Part shown: one piece after another, positions 27,771-34,431 of the stretch
How the letters are laid out: each line of letters starts with the position of its first letter
Position numbering within the stretch: position 1 is the stretch's first letter
DNA from: Candidatus Poriferihabitaceae bacterium
Lineage (GTDB): Bacteria > Pseudomonadota > Gammaproteobacteria > Arenicellales > Poriferihabitantaceae
Reading direction: 5' to 3'
Length of the DNA: 64,000 nt
NCBI GenBank assembly: GCA_965204165.1
Contig: OZ241969.1
Span: 771,461-835,460 of the forward strand
Made by a program: the position numbers and the translations under genes
Notes under the pieces: model-generated
The model's database searches: none
What the model was told of the DNA's origin: nothing
Seen by the model: the letters and a program-made list of their open reading frames with translations, nothing else

Positions 27771-27810
27771 TCTTCCGGATTCTTCCGGGTTCTTCCGGGT
27801 TCTGCCGGAC
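27771..27810 (+). repeat. Four tandem 10-bp repeats (TCTTCCGGAT TCTTCCGGGT TCTTCCGGGT TCTGCCGGAC)
   Basis: Read directly. One repeat per helical turn, inside a ~570-bp stretch with no convincing ORF. Confidence 0.8.
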
Positions 27811-27979
27811 CGTTGATGATCATCCGCCGCCGCGGCCGACTCCACCGGGGCAGACGCGGGCGGGCCGGCAGCCGGCCGCCCGTGAAACAGGGGGCGGTGG
27901 CCCGGCGGTCACGGACATGGCCGTGCTGGATCACGGGCCGGCGGTACCCCGTCCGGCTACGGAGTGCGGTGGAGGGCAA

Positions 27980-28417
27980 TCACGCCCAGCCGACCGACCC
28001 CGCCAGCGGGTGGTTCTCGGCGACGACCTCGAAACGCCCCTGCCGGAGCCTGAGAAACGCGGCGCCGGCGTCCGCGTCGGCCCGGCTGTCGAAGGGCCCG
28101 TGCTCCTCCCCGGTGTCCAGGTCCACCACGGTGTATTCGGGCTCCCAGGCGGGCATCCCGCGGAAGTGGGCGGACCGGGTGTAGCTTCTCTCGGCACAGC
28201 TCGGACAGCGGGCCGCTCCCTGACTGGGCTGGCCACAATCGGTACAGACCATTTCCCGCCTTCTCCGCCAGTACCGTTTCCGGGACGCGGCGTTGCGCCG
28301 TTCGACCCGTCCGCTGCCGGCCTCCAGGGCATTGCAGGAAAGGCAGGTGGCGGTGCCGTCGAAGGCGGGGGCGTGTCCGCACCTCGTGCAGATGCCGGCG
28401 GCCCTGGAGTGGGTTTT
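27980..28417 (-). pseudogene. 3' part (145 codons) of a zinc-ribbon repeat gene split by the serine-recombinase element
   Basis: ..KTHSRAAGICTRCGHAPAFDGTATCLSCN...RRRREMVCTDCGQPSQGAARCPSCAE... continues the CxxCG..CxxC repeat pattern of 31790-32391 and joins it in frame. Confidence 0.6.
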
Positions 28418-28455
28418 CAACTGCACGTCACCTGTGCATCGAGAAGCAGCGCTTT

Positions 28456-28764
28456 GTGGTGACGCACCCTTTTCACCCTCTTCACGGACGCGAGTTCGAT
28501 CTGATCGAGACCACGTCGATGGTCGGGGTTGGACTGGTCCACTACACGGATGACGACGGCACGGTGCGCACGATGCGTCAGGCATTCACAAGCGTCGCGG
28601 CGGTGGATCCGTTCGTGCGGGTGGCTGCGGGCCGGTCGGCGTTTCGCGTATCGGACCTGCTCGCGCTGTCGGCATTGCTGGCCGGCCTGGACGGGGATGC
28701 CTGCGACGGGAACGAGGGCGACGGCGATACGGACAGTGTCAAGGAGATTATGTCCCATGTGTAA
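28456..28764 (+). CDS. Y4bD/Y4pK-like (DUF5372-like) small protein
   Basis: (M)VTHPFHPLHGREFDLIE...TSVAAVDPFVRVAAGRSAFRVSDLLALSALL resembles the THPFHPL... family as I remember it. GTG start. Confidence 0.5.
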   Translation: MVTHPFHPLHGREFDLIETTSMVGVGLVHYTDDDGTVRTMRQAFTSVAAVDPFVRVAAGRSAFRVSDLLALSALLAGLDGDACDGNEGDGDTDSVKEIMSHV

Positions 28765-28946
28765 GAACGTTTTTGTCATACATGAGAAAGGAACGGAGCC
28801 TGGCGGGATGGGCCTGATAGAGAGAAACGGGAATATTCCTATATATATTCAGGGTTATTCGTACATTCACAGGAGAAATCCTCTTGATTCGGCATTCATA
28901 ATGTGCATAAATAGATTTACATTCATTTTTCAACGGACCCCACGCG

Positions 28947-29405
28947 ATGGCCAGACATTCCACCGATGCAAAGACCCGGGCCCTCAGGGAGCATGGCTGC
29001 CTGAACCCGAACGCGGAGGCGGTGCGGGACGAACTGTTCCTCTCCAACGCCTTCTTCGATCCGCGCGACCTGCTCCAGGTCAAGTACGAGATGCTGCGCC
29101 GCGTGCGCGAGGACGGCGTGCCGGTGAGCCATGCCGCGGCCAGCTTCGGGGTCTCCCGGCCCACCTGGTACCTCGCGCAGCGCGCCTACGATGCCGGCGG
29201 GCTGCCGGGACTGCTGCCGGACCGTCCGGGGCCCCGCCGGCCCCACAAGATCAGCGACGAGGTGGTCGAGGCGCTGCGGTCGGCGAAGAACGAACGGCCG
29301 GAGCTGACGGCCGCGGACCTGGTCGATCTCGTGCGCGCGCGCTTCGGCATCTCGGTCCATCGCCGCAGCATCGACCGTGCCCTCGGGCGGGAAAAAAAAC
29401 GATGA
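28947..29405 (+). CDS. Helix-turn-helix DNA-binding protein (transposase-OrfA-like)
   Basis: 152 aa. Contains VSHAAASFGVSRPTWYLAQRAYDAGGLPGLLPDRPGPRRPHKI, a typical HTH plus linker of IS accessory proteins. Confidence 0.65.
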   Translation: MARHSTDAKTRALREHGCLNPNAEAVRDELFLSNAFFDPRDLLQVKYEMLRRVREDGVPVSHAAASFGVSRPTWYLAQRAYDAGGLPGLLPDRPGPRRPHKISDEVVEALRSAKNERPELTAADLVDLVRARFGISVHRRSIDRALGREKKR

Positions 29406-29707
29406 AGGGCGGTCCGCGGAATACCGTGATCGACGCGGCGGAACACTCCGCCTACGGGCATGGCTACGAGCGGATGCGCCGCCATGCCGTCGAGCCCGGC
29501 GCCGTCCACGACCGCCACGGGCACGCCGTGGTGGCGCTGCGCGGCGTCGCGGCCTGGCTGCGGGCATTCGCCGAACTGCCCGTCCCGCCGGCGGCGGTCT
29601 GCGGGGGCGTCTCTGCGGCGACGCTGCCCGCCGATGTCGAAAGGCCGGTGATCGACGTTCTGCTCGAGATGCTGAAGGGCCATATGCAGCAGGGGGAGCC
29701 GGCATGA
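29402..29707 (+). CDS. Small accessory protein of the recombinase element (101 aa)
   Basis: ATGA overlaps at both ends give translational coupling. No motif recognised. Confidence 0.45.
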   Translation: MKGGPRNTVIDAAEHSAYGHGYERMRRHAVEPGAVHDRHGHAVVALRGVAAWLRAFAELPVPPAAVCGGVSAATLPADVERPVIDVLLEMLKGHMQQGEPA

Positions 29708-31782
29708 ACACCGCCCACCAGAAGGTCACCGCGAGCCACCTGAGCCGCGATGCCTACCTGTACGTGCGCCAGTCCACCCTGCATCAGGTAAGCGAGCATG
29801 GCGAGAGCACTCGCCGCCAGTATGCGCTGCGGGAGCGGGCGGTGGCATTGGGCTGGCCGACCGAAAGCATCGTCGTGATCGACAGCGATCTCGGCCTGTC
29901 CGGCGCCGACAGCGACCGCGAGGGGTTCAAGCGCCTGGTCGCCGAAGTCACCATGGGACGGGCCGGGATCGTGCTCGGGCTGGAGGTGTCCAGGCTTGCG
30001 CGCAACTCCACCGACTGGCACCGGCTGCTGGAGATCTGCGCCATGAGCGAGACGCTGATCCTCGACGAGGACGGCGTGTACAGTCCCGGCGACTTCAACG
30101 ACAGGCTCCTCCTCGGCCTCAAGGGGACCATGAGCGAAGCGGAACTCCACATGATGCGCGCCCGGCTCCGCGGGGGGACGCTGAACGCGGCCAAGCGGGG
30201 GGAATTGCGGATTCCGCTGCCGGTGGGGCTGGTCTACGACCCGCTGGGCCAGGTGGTGCTGGATCCGGACCAGCAGGTGCAGCACAGCCTGCGGCTGCTG
30301 TTCGACACCTTCACCAGGACCGGCTCGGCCAATGCCACGGTGAAGCACTTCAACCGGGAGAATCTGCTGTTTCCACACCGTCCTCATGACGGCCCGCACA
30401 AGGGAGAGTTGCATTGGAAGCCGTTGCGGTTCGCACGGGTAGTTCGGACGCTGCACAACCCGCGATACGCCGGTGCTTTCGTCTACGGGCGAAGCCGCAG
30501 CCAGCGGCGTCCCGGCGGCGGCAGTGAGACCAGGAAGGTCCCGCGCGAGGAGTGGACCGTGCTGCTGCACGATGCCCATCCGGGCTACATCACCTGGGAG
30601 CGGTTCGAGCAGAACGAGCGCCAGCTCCGGGAAAACGACTATGCCCATGCGGGCGGAGCGGGACGCCGCACTCCCCCGCGGGAGGGGCCGGCGCTGCTGC
30701 AGGGTCTGGCGATCTGCGGCGTGTGCGGCCGGACCATGGCGGTGCGCTACCACCAGCGAAAAGGAGGCCTGCAGCCCTACTACCTGTGCAGCCACGAGGG
30801 TCACCAGACGGCGAGCGCCTGGTGCCAGACCATCCCCGGCGCCGCCATCGACCGCAGGATCGGCGAGTTTCTGGTGGGGCTGATGACGCCGCTCACGCTG
30901 GATGTGGCGCTGCAGGTGCAGGACGAACTCGCCGCACGCGCGAAGGAGGCAGACCTGTGGCGCGCCCAGCAGGTGCAGCGTGCCCGCGAGGAAGCGAACC
31001 TGGCGCGGCAGCGGTTCATGCAGGCCCACCCCGATAACCGGATGGTTGCCGATGTGCTGGAGGCGGAGTGGAACGCGAAGCTTCGAGGCCTCGAGGAGGC
31101 GCAGCGCGAGTTCGAGAGCGACCGTGCCGGCTCTGACCAGGGGATGGATGATGAGCAACGCCGGCGGATCCTTGCGCTGGCGAGCGACTTCCCCCGCCTG
31201 TGGAACGATCCGGCGACGCCGCACCGCGAGCGCAAGCGGATGGCGCGGTTGCTGATCGAGGACGTGACGCTGACCAAGTCTGCGCAGAGCCTGGGGATCA
31301 GGTTACGGGGCGGGGCGGTCCGTCACCTCACATGGGTGCCGGATCCTCATCCATCCCAGATCTACAAGACCAGTGACGAGGTCGTCGCCGAGATCGACCG
31401 GCTGTTGAACGACCATACCAATGGAGAGGTCGCCAAATTGCTCAACGAACGTGGATACCGAACCGGTCGCGGCCTCGCCTTTACCCCGAAGCTGGTCAGT
31501 GTGGTGACAGAGCGCTACGGCCTGAAGTCACGCTATCAGCGGCTGCGTGATCGCGGATTCCTGGGGGTTGGCGAGGTTGCCGAGAAATTCGGGGTGACGG
31601 ACAGTACGGTCCACAGGTGGCGGCGGGCCGGGCTCTTGATCGGACATGTCCATTGCGACGCCGGCCATTTCCTGTTTGAAATCCCCGATCCGCCACCGGA
31701 GAAACAACCGGGACAACGGCTCTCGCGGCGACAGCCGATGTCCCAACCTTGCCATGATCAGAACACTGGAGGTGTAGTATGA
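29704..31782 (+). CDS. Large serine recombinase
   Basis: Start at MNTAHQKV. Resolvase catalytic region is AYLYVRQSTLHQ...RQ, then GLEVSRLARNSTDW. It has a recombinase domain, a zinc ribbon (CGVCGRTM...YYLCSHEGH), a coiled coil and a C-terminal HTH-like tail. The track ORF start at 29377 is an upstream extension. Confidence 0.9.
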   Translation: MNTAHQKVTASHLSRDAYLYVRQSTLHQVSEHGESTRRQYALRERAVALGWPTESIVVIDSDLGLSGADSDREGFKRLVAEVTMGRAGIVLGLEVSRLARNSTDWHRLLEICAMSETLILDEDGVYSPGDFNDRLLLGLKGTMSEAELHMMRARLRGGTLNAAKRGELRIPLPVGLVYDPLGQVVLDPDQQVQHSLRLLFDTFTRTGSANATVKHFNRENLLFPHRPHDGPHKGELHWKPLRFARVVRTLHNPRYAGAFVYGRSRSQRRPGGGSETRKVPREEWTVLLHDAHPGYITWERFEQNERQLRENDYAHAGGAGRRTPPREGPALLQGLAICGVCGRTMAVRYHQRKGGLQPYYLCSHEGHQTASAWCQTIPGAAIDRRIGEFLVGLMTPLTLDVALQVQDELAARAKEADLWRAQQVQRAREEANLARQRFMQAHPDNRMVADVLEAEWNAKLRGLEEAQREFESDRAGSDQGMDDEQRRRILALASDFPRLWNDPATPHRERKRMARLLIEDVTLTKSAQSLGIRLRGGAVRHLTWVPDPHPSQIYKTSDEVVAEIDRLLNDHTNGEVAKLLNERGYRTGRGLAFTPKLVSVVTERYGLKSRYQRLRDRGFLGVGEVAEKFGVTDSTVHRWRRAGLLIGHVHCDAGHFLFEIPDPPPEKQPGQRLSRRQPMSQPCHDQNTGGVV

Positions 31783-31789
31783 AGCATAA

Positions 31790-32391
31790 TTCCTTCTCTC
31801 GGCGTACTTCGCCTTGTCCCGGGCCTGGCGCCTGGTCCTGCAAGGGGTGCACGTGGACCCTCCTTCGGCGGGTGGTCTGGAACCGCACCTGCTGCACATT
31901 CCCGCTTCGACCCATGCTTCGCGCTTGCGCTCGCTGCGGATCCTGGCCGACCGCCGGCGTGACTCGGCCGACCTGCCGCCGTACGCCAGTCCGGCAGCCT
32001 TGCCGGCATGGTATCTCGCCCTGGCCGCCACCCGGAGCTGCTCGCCGCAGTCATGGCAGTTTATCCGGTCCGGGGCCGGCGGCCGGTTGCCGCATCTCCT
32101 GCAGAGCCTGTCCGCGGCCCGCCGTTCCATTTTCCGGCGATAGTGGCGGCGTCCCGCCTCCCTCGACTTCTCCATGCACCGCCGGGGCCTGCCCTCGGCC
32201 TTCAGTTTTTCATTGCGCGCCTTTTCCTTGGTCCGTCGCTTCTCGGCGCAGGGCTCGCAGTTCGTGCGGCCGGGAACCGGAGAAACCAAACCGCACGCCA
32301 AACAGAGATTGGCGGCCCGTCTCTCATCCATCCTTTCCCGGAACCGCTCCCGGTTCCGTTTCCGTCCCGTCGCCGCATCACGGTATGCCAC
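31790..32391 (-). pseudogene. 5' part (200 codons) of the zinc-ribbon repeat gene split by the serine-recombinase element
   Basis: Three basic-linker plus CxxCG-x8-11-CxxC units: ERRAANLCLACG..NCEPC; ERRAADRLCRRCG..NCHDC; AWVEAGMCSRCG..TCTPC. The native sequence ends at ..AKYAERR. Confidence 0.6.
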
Positions 32392-32481
32392 AGTTGCCTC
32401 CCACGCCTGAACATGAAGCAGAAAAGGAACATTCCGGGGAATGGGGGAATGCCTCCGGAACGCCCCGGCCGGGGCCCGGGA

Positions 32482-32799
32482 TCATTTGACCCGGCGGTCG
32501 TAGCCGATGCCGCTGGCGCGGATGCCCCAGGCCTGGAGGCGGCACTGGCGGTCGTCGATCCCCGTGGCGATGATGATGCCGTCCCGCCCGGGCCGCAGCG
32601 CCCGGACCTTCTCCAGCGTCATGATCGAGGGGCGGGGCTTGCCCTTGCCGGGGGTTTCTTCCGGGTGGACGGGAACGATGTCCCCGTTGGCCTTGGACTG
32701 GAAGAACAGCACGGCGAACCGGTCGTCGGGCAGGCCGTCGCCGGTGACGTGCATCAGGAAGGTGGTTTCGTTCCTCAGGGTCTGGATCGAGGGGGTCAT
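32482..32799 (-). CDS. Hypothetical protein (105 aa)
   Basis: ATG 32799 with GGAGG upstream. MTPSIQTLRNETTFLMHVTGDGLPDDRFAVLFFQSKANGDIVPVHPEE... No family recognised. Confidence 0.5.
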   Translation of the reverse strand: MTPSIQTLRNETTFLMHVTGDGLPDDRFAVLFFQSKANGDIVPVHPEETPGKGKPRPSIMTLEKVRALRPGRDGIIIATGIDDRQCRLQAWGIRASGIGYDRRVK

Positions 32800-33164
32800 G
32801 GGGCCTCCGGGTAACGGTTGATCAAAGGGCATGGAGGGCCAGGAACCGAAGGATGAACTCCCTCGGCCTCCGGGCCATCCGGCCCTTGGCGGCCAAAACC
32901 AACTCGTGCCGGTGATCGGCGGCCCGATGGCGAAGGGAATGAATTGGATGCCGTGTCCGGGACGGCTGTGGGACGGCCGTGCCGTCAGGGACGGTCGTGG
33001 ACCGGCCCGTGCTCGTGGGTCATGGTCATGGCCGGCGCCATGGCCAGGGGGCGGGAAGGGAAGAGGCCGGGCGGCGATGACCCTCTACGCAGTGGAGGGG
33101 TGGAACCGGGCCGCGCCGGATGCGGTTCGGATAAGGTCCGGATAAATCCGGGACGGGGTCCCGG

Positions 33165-33489
33165 CCGGTCAGTCGGTGAGGCTGGCCTGCTCTTCCCGGT
33201 ATCTTCGGGTGATCTCCCGGTGTTGCCGCGCCGAGGAGGAAAGGTCATCGTTCCCGGGACGGGCATGGGACGCCCGGTTCCTCAAGGCCAGGATGGTTGC
33301 GGCTGCGGCGATCGCCGGAATGAGCAGGGTCAGCAGGATCTTTGCCATTGTTTTCATCTCCCGTGTTCCGATGGAGGAGCACATGCCGGGGATGTCGCAT
33401 GTCCCCGGACGGCCTCCCTGTCCACTGTAACCGGATCCGGGGCGGCATGCATGCCGGAGGCGGGGGCAATCTCATGGCGAATTCATGGC
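33165..33489 (-). repeat. Duplicated block, copy 1: small TM gene plus upstream region
   Basis: Aligns with 33805-34154 with substitutions and indels. Both copies end in CATGGCGAATTCATGGC. Confidence 0.7.
33169..33348 (-). CDS. Small single-TM protein (59 aa), paralogue 1
   Basis: MAKILLTLLIPAIAAAATILALRNRASHARPGNDDLSSSARQHREITRRYREEQASLTD. Conservation with the paralogue supports coding. Confidence 0.5.
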   Translation of the reverse strand: MAKILLTLLIPAIAAAATILALRNRASHARPGNDDLSSSARQHREITRRYREEQASLTD

Positions 33490-33804
33490 ACCCGGGCCCG
33501 TGCGCCCCCGGCGGGCGCGGCCCCGCCTGAGCGCATTCCCGACTGCCGGGCCCGGTTCGAAATGCCGCGAACCCGGCGGTTTCGCCGACAGCGTCCGCCT
33601 GCGTGTTGTTTCAGGTTGATTGCTCATTGATGACGGTGAAATCCCGTGATCCACAACGCGGCGGGGCAGAAGTGCTCATGTCCGCGTCCCTGGGCCGCGA
33701 TCACGTGTTGCCAAAGCCTGTGTTCCGGCCTGCGCCGGGACCACGGAAAAGTCCCCCGGCCCGCGTGAACGATGCCGGTGCCGTTTCTTCGGAAGCAGCC
33801 CTGC

Positions 33805-34154
33805 CCGGTCAGTCGCCGAAGCTGGCCCGCTCTTCCCGGTACCTGCGGACAATCTCCCGGTGCCGCGGCGCGGAGGCCGGGTCATCGTCCCCGGGACGGA
33901 CACGGGACGCCCGGTTTCTCAAGGCCAGGATGGCCGCGGCTGCGGAGAGCGCCGGAATAAGCAGGGTCAGCAGAATGTTCTCCATTCTTATGTTCGTCTG
34001 TCCTGTATGGCCGGTGGAGGCGCACAGGTCGGATATGCCGTCTGTACCTTCGAAAGATATAGCATCATCCCTGTACAGCCTTTCCACCGACTGTAGCCGG
34101 AATCCGGGGGAGCATTCCTGCCGGGGCAGGGGAATTGCATGGCGAATTCATGGC
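33805..34154 (-). repeat. Duplicated block, copy 2
   Basis: See 33165-33489. Confidence 0.7.
33809..33985 (-). CDS. Small single-TM protein (58 aa), paralogue 2
   Basis: MENILLTLLIPALSAAAAILALRNRASRVRPGDDDPASAPRHREIVRRYREERASFGD. Confidence 0.5.
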   Translation of the reverse strand: MENILLTLLIPALSAAAAILALRNRASRVRPGDDDPASAPRHREIVRRYREERASFGD

Positions 34155-34208
34155 TGCAGGGCGGCGAATATCCTCCCGGACTTCCGTCCGGGGACGGGCC
34201 TGCGGACG

Positions 34209-34431
34209 TCAGGCGATTCTCCGGACCTTTGCCGAGTATCCCCCGCCGGTCAATTCGTCCAGCCGTTTCCCGGTTGCCTGATCGTTGCGCACCACGAGGC
34301 GGGCCGCGATGATCCTCTCATGCAGCGCGCGGAACCTGCGGTGGCCGTCCGTGCTGACCCGTTCGATGCAGACCCAGCCGATGTCCTCCATGTCGCAGTA
34401 CCGGGCCAGCAGGGCCCGACCGGCCGGCGTG
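34209..34431 (-). pseudogene. 3' part of a 93-codon gene interrupted by the IS4-family element
   Basis: Joins 36763-36830 in frame after removing the IS and one TSD copy. The product is MQPDITIYNATTTCPVIVAHTPAGRALLARYCDMEDIGWVCIERVSTDGHRRFRALHERIIAARLVVRNDQATGKRLDELTGGGYSAKVRRIA. Confidence 0.65.

Larger units (their letters stand above)
28418..31789 (+). mobile_element. Four-gene large-serine-recombinase mobile element (~3.37 kb) inserted in a zinc-ribbon gene
   Basis: Both junctions carry TT (AA on the gene strand). Removing 28418-31789 plus one TT copy restores ..AKYAERR-KTHSRAAGICTRCG.. in frame. The last three ORFs are coupled by ATGA overlaps. The gene order resembles the y4bD-C-B-A repeat of Rhizobium sp. 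NGR234, from memory. Confidence 0.6.

Noticed and set aside
29377-29703. N-terminal 109-aa extension of the serine recombinase ORF in the track (start 29377)
   Set aside because: The extension is Arg/Ala/Gly-rich and overlaps two better ORFs. The resolvase domain begins right after ATG 29704, which overlaps the preceding stop as ATGA.
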